From the NCBI GenBank assembly GCA_964016885.1, contig OZ024740.1, forward strand, positions 272,676,001 through 272,740,000: DNA of 64,000 bases, read 5' to 3'. Origin of the DNA: Eledone cirrhosa. Lineage: Eukaryota. The notes beneath the pieces are model-generated. The model worked only from the letters and a program-made list of their open reading frames with translations, made no database searches and was not told the DNA's origin. The translations under genes were made by a program, and so were the position numbers. This document shows, piece after piece, positions 1 to 17,261 of this stretch. The stretch's first letter is position 1. Each line of letters opens with the position of its first letter.

Positions 1-784
1 AACTTACAATATTTTATTTTTGTTTAAAATGTTAGCTTCGTTCTTTGCTTAAAGTCAGTGACGAGTATACAAACGAATCTAATTGGAGCAAAGTATCATT
101 GTTACTGCTACTGATGAATTGAAACCGTTTATTTTTTCACACGCTATTTTATCGAAGAAGCATAATTATCCGGTATAAAAACATATATCTGTGTAGAAGA
201 AAGTACAAGTTTTAACCGTAACTGCGATAAACGGATTAAATGAAATTTCGGATCTTCTTCGATATAATTTCAGAGGTTATCTTAACCTTATACAACCCAG
301 AGAGAAATACGTAGCTCAAACTTTTATAAACTCATCAATTATGGCGGTAATAGCGAATTGGATGTGACAATTTGCTCATCATTAGTTCTTACTATGATAG
401 TTAATTCAATTATATCTTAAATTGTGTACTGATAATATGTGAAGTGACACATTCAGTTTGCAGTTACTGCCATGTATTTTCGGTTTATGAAGCCTTTAAT
501 TACGATTTTTTCTGTCAAATGTAAGTAGTTTTTGCATACAACAACCGAAACTTGAGTCAAGCAGATCATCATTTTCAATCTAGGAAGAAATGCGTTAAAC
601 AAGACATGTTTATATATTTGAATATGTTTATTTACAGACACATTTCTCGAGGCTTCAGTGAAATTATGTACTCTTCCTTCCTCGATAGAAAGAAGCCCCT
701 AGTATACTTTAGCTGTTCAATGACCTCTATGCATAGAAGAGGGGTAGTTTATATTCACCGAAATCTGGATTACAATCAAATGTT

Positions 785-831
<47 letters not shown>

Positions 832-1924
832 ATTTAATGATAATATAGTGTATGGTTGCACAGTTAACATATGACATCATTAGCTAGTTTTATCTGGGGA
901 TAAAAAAAATAAGAACATACTATATACATTAAATCGGGAAATATTAGGTAGATACTCCGCATATAAAACTAACAATAGAATATGTGGATTATGCGGCCTT
1001 GAATCTCAACAAATTATTTATGCCAAAGTTAACATTTTATTAAAAAATCTGAAATTTCCCCGCTTGTCCCCATAAACACCTACAATCGTTTAACTATTAC
1101 AAACTAAAAAATGTCAATTATCAACCTTTTTCTTCAACTAATGCTTAAACTTATACTGAATCCTTATTAAGGTTTATACAGATTATATGATACGTTTGTT
1201 TAATTAATATACTATCTTATCCAACTTCATATTTTGACCTTAATATTAATAAATACTTAAATATAATTGATGGGGTTGCTTCATTCTAATTAGTGCCATA
1301 ATTTTGATAATTTCAGAGGATATATCAGACAGATGTTTAGTAAATAAATCCAACTATATTCATATACTTCGTACAGCACTTATTCTTATGTTAAATCCAT
1401 TATATTGTAATAATCTATAGGCAGTCTCACACATTTTTATATTATAAAATATATATACATTATTAGCAAGTTATATTAATTTATTCGATATAATAAATAA
1501 TCTTAAGTTCTGAACTAAATAATTTTATTTCATTTTAATCTATTAATTTGTTTAAATACCTGACACATTAATATGTCTTTGCCATATATAAAATGTCCTT
1601 TAAATAATTGTAAATGTTTAACATATATTAATTCAAATATATGTACTTAGCAATAATATTTAAATAATGTAAAATTAAAAGTCTACTTTGTAAATTTAAC
1701 ACCGGTTAAACCCATTAAATTACCACCCTTTAAACTATGAAGTAATAATCTGACACAAGTAAATATTTGTTTATTTTGATACTAATATACTCTTCAAACA
1801 TTTAATTAAATATTATCGATTATTTAATAATTAATAAAGTAGATAGAACACATCTGTAACAACTGAAACATTAATATATATATATATACACACACATATA
1901 TACACACACACACACACACACACG

Positions 1925-2069
<145 letters not shown>

Positions 2070-2171
2070 TTGGGTGCTTAAAGCGTCCATATGCGGTAGG
2101 CCTTATGAGCACTCGATGCCCTCGTAGGGCAGAGTATGTTATCACAGAAAATCTGCTTCGTAGAATCGAGA

Positions 2172-2262
2172 CGTATCCGAGGACCACGCGATTTCAGAGT
2201 CAGGTTTGATCACCGCATCGATCGTGCCTCGAGCTAGTCACCCGAGAAACAATTGTAATATG
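2172..2262 (+). ncRNA. Type I hammerhead-like ribozyme, CCGAGGA core variant with long stem II insert (PLE remnant)
   Basis: cgtat-CCGAGGA-[~62 nt]-GAAAC-aatt-GTA-atatg. Stem I pairs (one G-U), stem III is the palindrome ACAATTGT. The element ends in (TA)n. Confidence 0.55.
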
Positions 2263-2305
2263 TTCAATAAATTCCTTTCGTCGCAACACTGATTCTCTTT
2301 TTTTT

Positions 2306-2359
<54 letters not shown>

Positions 2360-2584
2360 AATAGTAATTCATAGTACAACTCATTATTAAATAATGAGTT
2401 TTACTATGAATTAACCGTTTTTTGTTTAATTTCATTCTTTCACTATTTGTATTTTTGACTCTGTATCCAATGAATTATATCGTTGAAAATTTTGTATTTT
2501 AAACTTTGCTTCACGACATCTACATACGGATTACATTGAGTTCTTTATACGGTTTAGACCCTACCATTAATTGGTGGATTTATC

Positions 2585-2691
<107 letters not shown>

Positions 2692-2752
2692 GTAGAACAC
2701 TGGAAGGTAATATCCGTAGTGGTAGAGCACTCAGTCCATGGGACGAGTTAGG

Positions 2753-2894
2753 TAGAAGTGGTTACAAAACGGTTAGTTCACCATACCGAGAACAATTGTT
2801 TCACCTTAGCGGATCCTCAGCTCGTAATGAGCTGAGGATCCGCTAAGGTGAAACAATTGTTCTCGGTATGATGAAGTAACTGTTGTGTAACCAC

Positions 2895-2899
<5 letters not shown>
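2753..2899. mobile_element. Fold-back PLE remnant (inverted pseudo-LTR) in (TA)n
   Basis: ~70-bp imperfect inverted arms around a 5-nt loop at 2824-2828, an extra tail at 2689-2752, (TA)n on both sides, and a hammerhead in each arm. Confidence 0.75.
2829..2864 (+). ncRNA. Minimal type I hammerhead ribozyme (mirror copy on - strand 2787-2824)
   Basis: gag-CTGAGGA-t-cc-gctaa-gg-t-GAAAC-aatt-GTT-ctc. Stem I is gag/ctc and stem III is palindromic. Confidence 0.75.
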
Positions 2900-2957
<58 letters not shown>

Positions 2958-3511
2958 CGTGTATGTATGTATATTCACTCCGTATAACTTCCTGGTTCAT
3001 AGTATAATGTCTGGTCTGCAGTAAATATCTTTCAAATTTAACAAACGGTGGATTGTTCGTGCTAGCTATGAATATTGCATTGTTAAAACTCTATGAATTC
3101 CAATCCATTTTAGGAAAACTACAACTCTTCCAAGTAACATTTAATACAACTGACATCATATTTTCTTAACTAAGATGTTTTTTCACTATATTCTTTAACT
3201 GTGATTTATTTTGATATTTTGATAAGAGATATATATTTCCTGTTCTTTCCTGAGTGATTTGTATTGATATCTAATGACTCACATAGTCTAGGCTAACTGT
3301 TGGCAAATGGTTAAATAGAATAATTTGCTATCGGTGGTATATTACTATGGGAAGAAACAATTATGAGTGATTAAATGTCTTGGATTTTTAAGTTTTGGCT
3401 TATAACGGCTCTGCATCATCCTGTCATCGCATTGGGCTAAAGTATATTTATATAAATGAGAGTATATTTTACTCATTTACTTACTATTATATATGTATGT
3501 ATATAATAGTT

Positions 3512-3632
3512 ATTTCAAGCGTTAACCTAATATATTCCTTCCATATACTGTACCGATTGTGTTGTTATTTCTGTTTACCTTTTACATATATATATAAATA
3601 ACAGGAAGAGGGTCTTAACGTTTCGGACGCTA
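3512..3632. mobile_element. PLE 3'-end fragments of the family also at 19612-19652, 36555-36660 and 38968-39090
   Basis: Shared sequences tactgtaccgattgtgttgttatttctgtttacc and gtccgaaacgttaagaccctcttcctg. Confidence 0.6.
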
Positions 3633-3876
3633 CAAGAAGTGTAACTCAACAGGTTAAAATTAACTTCGTTTATTCATATTCACTGTTATACATATTTCGG
3701 TGATAGCCATTATTCAACACCTATGACCTCATCAGACAGCTAGAACTTGAACAGAAAAAACAGAAAAACATAATGATGGAACAAAGTTTATCCTCGTTAT
3801 TTCGATCCTTTGATATGCCCTGTCCCGAAGTATAGTGTTGTTTTCTCAAAGAACTGGTAACCAACCAACATATACT

Positions 3877-3915
<39 letters not shown>

Positions 3916-4140
3916 GGGGTAACAAATAATAGTTATATCCAGTCCCCTTAGGTGTAGTCCAGTTATGGTACTCCGGGTAGTGGATGATATCAACGTTAGG
4001 CTTGGTTTGACTCAACAAGGCGTATTCATAGTGATGTTGCGAGTATGCTGTAATTCCTATGTTGTAAACACTTGGAGTAATAATAAACCAGGAAAGAAGA
4101 TTGACATGGTTTGCAATACAAAATAGGTTTTTAATCTCAT

Positions 4141-4248
4141 TGCTGACAATTGTTTCTCTGAACTGGTAGGTCTAGAGATCGCTATTCGCTTGTTTTCACG
4201 TTACTCGATCGCCAATACAAAATTATAACCAGTCAGATCTTCGGAGCA
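4141..4248 (-). ncRNA. Type I hammerhead-like ribozyme, CCGAAGA core, extended stem II
   Basis: Reverse complement reads tgct-CCGAAGA-tctgactggt...accagttcaga-GAAAC-aatt-GTC-agca. Stems I, II and III all pair. Confidence 0.65.
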
Positions 4249-4252
4249 TGCG

Positions 4253-4394
4253 AGAAATTATTTAGCCTGATAGTGGGGTTAAGAACCCTCGGAGAAATGG
4301 AAAAAGATGAGTATTGACGTACATGTACGTCAATACTCATCTTTTTCCATTTCTCCGAGGGTTCTTAACCCCACTATCAGGCTAAATAATTTCT
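4253..4394. repeat. Perfect 142-bp palindrome (fold-back element, same family as 12586-12786)
   Basis: Exact reverse-complement symmetry about 4323/4324. Confidence 0.85.
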
Positions 4395-4489
4395 TTAATT
4401 TCTTTAGTCAAAATACGGCGATAGCTAACATTTCTAATAATTTCAAATCCACTCACTGTTTCGAAAATATTCTTCCATATATATATATA

Positions 4490-7371
<2,882 letters not shown>

Positions 7372-7494
7372 TTTTTACTCCAATAATTTGTTGAGTGCTT
7401 TATATCAGTTATAAAAATATTTGCTTGTTGTATCCCAACAATTTAAATAGAACTTCTACATATATATATTATATATTTTATTTTTTATTTTTTA

Positions 7495-7720
7495 TAGGGA
7501 ATGTAACGTCCATCGGTATAGAGGTGTAGAACTAAGCAGACTATAATTGTAATAATAATAAAAAGGAGAATTTGTTATGTCTTCATTACGTTTATTGAGT
7601 AGTGACGCGCGTTTCGCTATTGATCAGCTCAAGGTTCGATCTGTATCGATCTAGCCCGACTTTGGATTTAAAAGCGCACCGGACCTCTCCTGTGGTAATG
7701 ACAGAATGAACCTGTAGGGC
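7495..7720 (-). mobile_element. PLE 3'-end remnant with degenerate long-stem-II hammerhead (7601-7685); homolog of 16150-16395
   Basis: Shares gatcgatacagatcgaaccttgagctgatca..agcGAAACgcgcGTC with the + strand copy at 16190-16237. Confidence 0.55.
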
Positions 7721-8462
7721 TTAGAAATGTCTATGATGATTCACATTCATTTATGGTGGTCAGTTAATGTTCGTATTGATTAACTATTCTTTTAAATTAA
7801 AATAAAAGCAAAAACACACAGCGTAAACCAATGAATCAACTACTACGTTTTATTAATGGAGTAGATTTTTATTTTATTATATCTAATTAATTACGTTTGT
7901 CCTTTATTTAAATTGACAATCTCCATCCTCTATAACAACCCTCAAACAACGCCGGAAGTCTCCGCTGCTACAGGCTCAATAACAATTATATTTTTTTCTG
8001 AAAATTAAATCTCTTTCACATCTAACACGCTCCTCGTTAAAAATGATAGCGTTCACCTGATCCTCAATATCAATTTAAACGAAAACAGCGATTACTTATC
8101 AGGTATCTCATACTTCAACAAATTCCGACCTTCTTTTATAATCTCAGCATATTCATAATTTCCCACCTCATTTTTTCTTCTTCCCGATTTTATCATACTT
8201 CTGCTTCGGAATGGTTTTCATCAATTGTATTCTACTACTTATCCTATCGGTCACTAGCTTATATTTTCTTATGTCTATTTTCTTTTAGGTGTTTGATTTT
8301 GTCTTTCTTTCGTTACGCTTGTCTACTCAAACTGCATGTTTCCTCCGGCTATGATTTACGACTAGTAAGTGGACATTAATAGTATTTTTTCTCTCCTCTT
8401 TGTTCCTATAGAGTTATATACGTCCCAATATGTCTACCATTATGCTACACATACACATATTT

Positions 8463-9066
<604 letters not shown>

Positions 9067-9329
9067 TATAATCAGCTTCCTCCTTATGCTTGGATTAGCA
9101 ATGCATTTGGAGGCGATGATGCTATACTAAAATGACTTCCAAGAACGTTCTAGATTTTTAACAGTGGTATTCCACTAGCCTCTAAACACAGCACCTTATC
9201 TCATGTCTACTCTTCTGGTCAATATCTTCATAATCGAAAAATCTCTCCAAAGAAAGAAGAAATGAGGAAATGCTACTTATGATTGCTCACTGTTGCATTT
9301 CATCAATAAGCTACTGATTCGATTTTCCA

Positions 9330-9615
9330 ACCGTATCATCGTCATAAACATCATCATCGCCACCATCGTCAACATCATCATCATCATCATCATCACTTCC
9401 TTACTCTTCCTCCTCTTACTCCTGCTGCTGTACCTCCTCCTTCTTCCCCCTTCCCCTCCCCCTCCTCCACCTCTACCTCCTCCTGCTCCTCATCATCATC
9501 ATCATCAGTATCATTCATATCAGCATCATTCATATCAGCATCATTCATATCCTCATCACATATCAGCAACCTCCTGTACCTACTCCACCACCACCTCCTC
9601 CACATCTCCACCACC

Positions 9616-9649
<34 letters not shown>

Positions 9650-9720
9650 TCACCAACAACGTCATCATCATCATCATCATCATTATTATTAACACTTTCT
9701 TCATCTTGATCATCATCGCC
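9330..9720. repeat. (CAT)n/(CCT)n/(CCA)n low-complexity tract
   Basis: Degenerate trinucleotide repeats. Confidence 0.85.
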
Positions 9721-9966
9721 CCTACTGTAGATGTTATGCTAGTTATTGTCACCATCGTCTACCTAATTGTTAAACACTGCTGACTAGTGAACCGTCATTA
9801 TTTCAGTAATTTTAGAAACTTTCTATTCGTAGATTCCAATAACAATTAATTTTAGAAGTCATTGTTTACTATTTTGTTGTTCACAATACTAATTTCATAC
9901 GATTCTCTTTTAATCCAGAGTGTCAATATATTTATTATTAATAAATAATTTTTATTCAGATCGTGA

Positions 9967-10967
<1,001 letters not shown>

Positions 10968-10969
10968 TA

Positions 10970-11385
10970 AGCGTTAAAGTCTGTCTCGAACCCGGTGGCT
11001 CATCAAGTCGGTGATTATGCTAATTTCTGTGGCGTGAAGTGACTGAGATTACAAGACTCTCCCTGGACAGGGCACCAGTCCATCTCAGCGTTAAAGTCTG
11101 TCTCGAACTCGGAGGCTCATCAAGTCGGTGATTATGCCAGTGTCTGTGGCGTGAAGCGACTGAGAATACAATACATCCCTCCACCCTGAACAGGAGGTCT
11201 GTCCATTGCAGGGTTAAACTCCCAGCTATTGCTGGTGGTATTCACTTTAAGATGAGTATACTGGAACAACGTGAAATGAAGTGTTTTTGTTCAAGAACAC
11301 AACACACTACCCAGTCAAGGAATCGAACTCACGACATTATGATTGTATGTCCAACACCCTTACCACTAGGCCATGCGCCTCCACC
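10970..11385 (-). mobile_element. tRNA-derived SINE with tandemly duplicated 3' part
   Basis: Reverse-complement head ggcgcatggcctagtggtaagg (A box) ... gagttcgattcc (B box). Homologous to 17262-17545 and 41635-41920. The 3' ~115 bp is duplicated. Confidence 0.8.
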
Positions 11386-12585
11386 AGTGTCATATGGTGA
11401 CGTTACACCGGACGATGGAATGACTCTACCACTACTTAATCCATCTGTAATAAAATAGTAAACTTCTGGTAAGCTGAGGTCGCTACAGGATTTTAACACC
11501 AATTTGAAATCATGTCATTCGAAAATGCCTCCATATCAGAATTTACAATTTCTTCATAGCTAATGTATTTTATCAAGTCTTTTATCATGTATTTTATAAA
11601 GTAGTATTTTAACGCTCTTTAAATGTATTACTTGAAACTGGTTTTTCACCTATTTCAATTTTAGTTCATATTGATTACTTTAATATTGTAGAGCTCCAGC
11701 TATATTTAATATTTACGTCAAACGCCTTAAGTATGTTTTTTATTGTGTACTCAATTTATCGACCTAAAAATTCTGAAAAGCAAAGACATGGCCCGTGGGA
11801 GTTTAAACTCAGTCGATGGTGTAAAGAAAAACCAGACAAATAAAAGAAAACAATAATATTACATCTGCTTTCTAAAATTGGCAAAATGCCACATATTTTG
11901 AGCGTTATATAATCGATCAAATGGGCCAGAACTAACTAGATTGATTTCTATTTTATTAACATTGGAATTATAATATACAAATTCTTTTCTATCGAGATTT
12001 GATTTAAGTATGATAAAATATGATTTAACTAAATACCCCTGGGTATTAACTGTAGCATCGGCTTATTCTGAAATCTTTTCTATAAAAAATGATGTTAATA
12101 TTAACTTACATTTCTATCTAATATAGACACCGACGTTTATTAATGGGTAGAATAACACTAGTATATTGATGTATTTCAACCTAGAAATAGGCCATTTATT
12201 TTACAATGGTGCGCTCTATCAAAATATATTACCACATGTAGGTAAACATGTAATAAAGATATGCCTGGTTAAGAATATAGTGTTGGTCTCAGTACACAAA
12301 AGGGATAATTGTCCAGCACTTCATCTACACTATATGCAACAAATTCATCGAAGCGTGGCGGCGAAATATAATATTGGTTGGTTCCTATTTTGCACAGCAG
12401 CATTTTAAGGCAAATGTAAGATCACTCAACTTCAGCATGGAATCGAAATCGTATCGTGGTCTCACTCCATGATGGAAAATTAATTTTGGTTTTAATAAAC
12501 TGGAATAGATTCCATTTGACTTACTTACTTACAGAGATATACGTTTAGTCAATGAACGTAACCACAGTATATTACTGGTATTTAT

Positions 12586-12786
12586 AAAATAGAAATTGAA
12601 GCTTTTGCCGTACTTTTAACTAAAGAAATTTTAGCCTGGTAGTGGGGTTCAGAACCCTCTAAGAAATGGAAAAATATGAGTACGTCAATACTCATCTTTT
12701 CCCATTTTCTAGAGGGTTCTAAACCCCACTATCCGGCTAAAATTTCTTTAGTAAAAAAATATGGTGAAAGCTTATATTTCTATTTT
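12586..12786. mobile_element. Fold-back element (family of 4253-4394), diverged arms
   Basis: Imperfect inverted arms centred at ~12682, with a GAAAGCTTA hammerhead 3' half near 12766. Confidence 0.7.
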
Positions 12787-13733
12787 CCAACTCGCTTCAT
12801 GTTTCAAAAACAAACCTACTCGTATTCATTTTTTCATATACCACCCCAACCCACCCAGTACCGGAAGAATAAAATGAATATGTAAAACCGGTGGAATTTG
12901 AAGAGAGAATATTAATTGTAATGTGTCATAAGATGCTGTACAACGGTACAACATCTATAAACAGTTGTTCTTCTCAATCCAGATATCCGCAAAGCAAAAA
13001 AAAAAAAAAATAAATAAAAATAAATAAATAAAAGAAAAAAACTGATTAAAATATGTCAACGAGACCTTTGTGAGGCCGCAATGAATTTAATAAAAAAATG
13101 AGTGAAAAAATGGTTGCATCAAAGTAGTTAAAGCTACTCGAGTTAAATCACTATAATTAAACTTTTGATAAAGCCTATAAATATATTAAAATCATCAACA
13201 GTACACCGATGTAATTAATGAATTAGGAAAAATCTAAATAAAAAATAAAGACAAAATTTATCTTTCAAGATTTTTTGACCTAAAGAAATAAATTAACTAC
13301 AACGAGGAAAATTGTTTTAACAAACATATACACCCCTCCCCCACAAAAAATAAATAAAAAAATTATGAATTGCTTAAATCTATTAAATAAATATATTAGA
13401 AGTACGTTTACTGATATTGTAATTGTTTTAATGTGTTTAAACGATGTTTCGTAAGTTATATAATTTAAAAAGGTATAAATCGGGTGGTGAATGGCAGAAT
13501 CAGTAGATTCAGTGATGTTGTTTCTTCATTGTCAGCAGTTTCCGTTCAAAATTCAACTTCAGCCTCCAGTACAAATTCGGAGCTTATTCTTACAAGCTTC
13601 ATGAAATTAATTCCAGTCAACTATAATTAAAACCACAAATCAGGGATCAATGTTTCTCTCTATCTCTCTCTCTCTATATATATATATATAATGGAAAACG
13701 AAAAATCAGTGATGCAGCGGAACTCAATTTATT

Positions 13734-13821
13734 GTGTTACAATTGTTTCCCCGGCGAACAGCTCGAGGTTCGATCCGTGTGTGGATCTACCTGACTCTAG
13801 TCACGCAGGTTCCTCGGACAC
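13734..13821 (-). ncRNA. Type I hammerhead-like ribozyme, CCGAGGA core with stem II insert
   Basis: Reverse complement reads gtgt-CCGAGGA-acctgcg...cgccggg-GAAAC-aatt-GTA-acac. The element is flanked by (TA)n. Confidence 0.65.
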
Positions 13822-13848
13822 GACTATTGATTTCGGAGCATATCCTCT

Positions 13849-13905
<57 letters not shown>

Positions 13906-13909
<4 letters not shown>

Positions 13910-14815
13910 ACATTATAAAGAAAGAAGAAATATTAGAAATAAATAAATAAATAAATACCTATTATTTCTTCAAATTCCCGACTGTACAGTTTCGTGGCTA
14001 CTTTGCAAAAATCCTATATCATAGAGATGTAGTATTCTTGTGAGGTTTGCCAACTTATTAAGAGAATACCTCATTTAAAGTTTCAAAACAGTTCCGTATC
14101 GCGCGAGAGAGAATCCCGGGAAGGCGGAGGCGGAATTTATCACGTGTTACAGCGGTCACGAAACAGAGCTAAGTCCTTTATAGCCATGAGAAATGTCACA
14201 AATGGCGGAGGGGGCATTAATACCTAGGCTACAGACGAGGTGGCAAGGGAGGCTAGAAGTGTAAATAGTATTAGCTTGAAAGCAGTCACTATACTTCAGT
14301 AGTTACACTATCGTGAGGGAGTTATAGACAATAATGAGGAATACACAGATACATGTGAATACATACATATACATGCACAAACACACATATATCTTTCACA
14401 AGTATGTGATATTATGTGTTGCCAACCTTAACCGTTGTTGCTCTATGATAAAGAGGGACAAAATAATTGGAATGAATTAAATTGATTCTATATGAGAGCT
14501 ATATAATACATTATAAAGAAAGAAGAAACATTAGATATAAATAAATAAATACCTATTATTTCTCCACATTCTCGACTGTACAGTTTCGTGGCTACTTTGC
14601 AAAAGAGATGTAGTATTCTTGTGAGGTTTGCCAACTTATCAAGAGAATACCTCATATAAAGTTTCAAAACAGTTCCGTATCGCGCGAGAGAATGGCATTT
14701 CTCATGGCTATAAGGGACTTAGCTCTGTTTCTTGACGCTGTATCACGTGATAAATTCCCCCTCCACCTTCCTGGGATTCTCTCTCGAGCGATGCGGAACA
14801 GTTTTGAAACTTTAT
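13906..14815 (-). mobile_element. PLE remnant with tandem pseudo-LTRs (13906-14200, 14505-14690) and inverted segment (14692-14815)
   Basis: Direct and inverted self-homology with (TA)n flanks. A third partial copy lies at 43110-43255. Confidence 0.7.
14568..14648 (-). ncRNA. Type I hammerhead ribozyme, U3-A8 variant (UUGAUAA)
   Basis: Reverse complement reads attctc-TTGATAA-gttggc...gccac-GAAAC-tgtaca-GTC-gagaat. The paralog at 13974-14067 has TTAATAA. Confidence 0.75.
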
Positions 14816-14843
14816 ATATATTTAAATATATATATATTTAAAT

Positions 14844-14876
<33 letters not shown>

Positions 14877-14880
<4 letters not shown>

Positions 14881-15234
14881 AAGAAAAAGGGATGAAATCG
14901 AAAATGCAACTGAAGTCTTATTTTTTTAAAAATATATATATTTATTTGGTTCCTTTACCGGTTTCGCAGTTCTTCTGCTTTTCAAAAGGTGAGTTGAGAT
15001 GGAGGGTCTGTGGTTTTTCTCACATCTCAGATGTGAGAAAAACCACAGACCCTCCATCTCAACTCACCTTTTGAAAAGCAGAAGAACTGCGAAACCGGTA
15101 AAGGAACCAAATAAATATATATATTTTTAAAAAAATAAGACTTCAGTTGCATTTTCGATTTCATCCCTTTTTCTTTATACTTCCACTCGTGTAGGACACC
15201 TCGGTTATTTTTCATTTTGTAAAAAAAACCTCAC

Positions 15235-15237
<3 letters not shown>
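14877..15237 (+). mobile_element. Perfect ~300-bp palindromic PLE remnant plus 3' tail, in (TA)n
   Basis: Identical arms at 14877-15027 and 15029-15179 about C15028, tail at 15180-15237. Confidence 0.85.
15067..15104 (+). ncRNA. Minimal type I hammerhead ribozyme, U3-A8 variant (UUGAAAA); mirror copy on - strand 14952-14989
   Basis: cctt-TTGAAAA-gcag-aagaa-ctgc-GAAAC-cg-GTA-aagg. All stems are perfect. Confidence 0.8.
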
Positions 15238-15266
<29 letters not shown>

Positions 15267-15364
15267 TAAGGAACGATCGACTTTCGTCAAATCGGACCGA
15301 GGGAACAATGTTTCCGTTGGTCTTTCCAATTGCTAATACTATCTATCGGTCGCAACTCCAGGTA

Positions 15365-15486
15365 GAAGGAGCAACGTGAAATAAAGTGTCTTGCTCAAGG
15401 ACATAACGCATCACCTGGTCCAGGAATCGAACTCACAACCTTACGATTCCGAATCCAATTCCCTAACCACTCAGCCACACGCCTTC
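15365..15486 (-). mobile_element. tRNA-derived SINE 5' part
   Basis: Reverse complement ggcgtgtggctgagtggttaggg...gagttcgattcctggacc carries A and B boxes. Confidence 0.75.
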
Positions 15487-15705
15487 ACTATATACATATA
15501 TATATATATATACACACACACATATATATATAAATATATATGTATATATATGTATATATATATATATATATGTGTATATATATATGTATACAAATATATA
15601 CATATATATATATGTATGCATATATATATACACATATATATACATGTATATATATAGATATGTATATATAGATGTATATATATGTATATATATATATATA
15701 CATAC

Positions 15706-15818
15706 CTAGACACACTTAGTCTGACAAAAACGTTGTATACATACATATGCGTATATACACACTGACATATACGCATGTGTAATATATACAACGTTTTTGT
15801 CAGACTAAGTGTGTCTAG
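15706..15818. repeat. Inverted repeat, ~50-bp arms
   Basis: ctagacacacttagtctgacaaaaacgttgtata and its reverse complement. Confidence 0.75.
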
Positions 15819-16149
15819 TATGTATCTCCTCATTGTATTTGACACCACCACCACACCCACCACACCACCATAAACACCATTACCATAAACAACAACACCA
15901 CACCCACACCACACACAATAATCAGCCACAAATATACGCCAATCTGTCTACAGATAATCCACCATCCCCACACGACCGCCCACCTAAGCCTGCGACCGTC
16001 ACCACCATCTTATCATCACATCCACCCCCACATACACTACAGGCGAAAACATCCCTATGAACTATTCCACCAATCAAAACAATCCCTATTGACCAACATA
16101 TGAACTTCTGACTTTATCATATAGCATGTATTCATTTTGTACTAGCATT

Positions 16150-16394
16150 TTAAGGGGTGCGTCGAGCTGCCGATTATAGAGTCGAGTAAGATCGATACAG
16201 ATCGAACCTTGAGCTGATCAGTAGCGAAACGCGCGTCACCTACCAATACATGTAATGAAGGAGTAACCAAACGTCCTTGCTATCTTTTCACAATAATACA
16301 CTCTATATAGCTCTACACCTCGACACAGAAGTGAACCTAAACATCGAGTGCTCACCCGGGTGAACCTACAGTAACTCCAAGTTACACTCCCTAG

Positions 16395-16395
<1 letters not shown>
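16150..16395 (+). mobile_element. PLE 3'-end remnant with degenerate long-stem-II hammerhead (16156-16240)
   Basis: ggt-gcgtcga-gctgccgat...atcagtagc-GAAAC-gcgc-GTC-acc, ending in (TA)n. Confidence 0.55.
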
Positions 16396-16492
<97 letters not shown>

Positions 16493-16499
16493 CTATATA

Positions 16500-16810
16500 T
16501 ATATTATAAAATAACAGGAGGCTGGACTGGTGTAATTCCTTAAAAGGTTTATTATACTATAAAATGACCGTTTCAGTATGAATCCGGTCGACATGATCAG
16601 GAATTCGAAATATAACAAAGGAATATAATAGACAAAATCCATAGGGCCCGAAAATCAGAGACACGAGGGCGACCGAACATTTAGCAGCTTCTACCTATGT
16701 CGGCCGCCCGAAGACGGGTGAGTTGCAGTACGTTGAGTGCTCTCCATGATATTACATCGGAGATGACCATACGGAATGACCAACTCTATCCAGTGGTGAA
16801 CCAACAAACA
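16500..16810. mobile_element. (TA)n-embedded repeat, homolog of 27230-27655 (probable PLE end)
   Basis: Shares acaggaggctgga...aggtttattatactat and gaccatacggaa...ctctatccagtggtgaacc. The 27.2-kb copy has an internal inversion (27478-27520). Confidence 0.55.
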
Positions 16811-17261
16811 TATATATATATATATATATATATAGTGTAGAGGTTATTTCCAACGCAGGAAAATTCACCAGAGTTTTTCTTGAAATGGCTGTTAATTAGT
16901 ATATCTTGAGACTGGTTGGCTGATGATCCAGATAGTCTTGACTAGTTAATTAATTGATTATGTTAAATAGCTTGTATTGTAATTGTGGGGAAACCATATT
17001 TATGCAGGTGAAATTATATTTTTCCTTAAATACATTTTTGGCTTGCTATCTTAATCTTAATTGTAATATACTTAACTATTTACCTAAATAACATTTTTAA
17101 TAAATAATGCTCTGTAAAATATAGATTTCAGCCTGTATAAAACATATTTGAGTTGATTTATAGTATAATATGATTGAAAGAAATTTTATTTTAATCCAGG
17201 TACATACACAGACTCGCACAAACACACACACACACACACACACTCACGGGATATATATATG

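Noticed and set aside
2753-2899. pre-miRNA interpretation of the fold-back hairpins
   Set aside because: They are better explained as PLE inverted ends, and I recognised no known mature miRNA.
13818-13842. Possible second, type II-like hammerhead half (GAAA..GTC) just upstream of the CCGA core
   Set aside because: No stem I hairpin, and the GTC is not conserved in the 2172 and 36157 copies.
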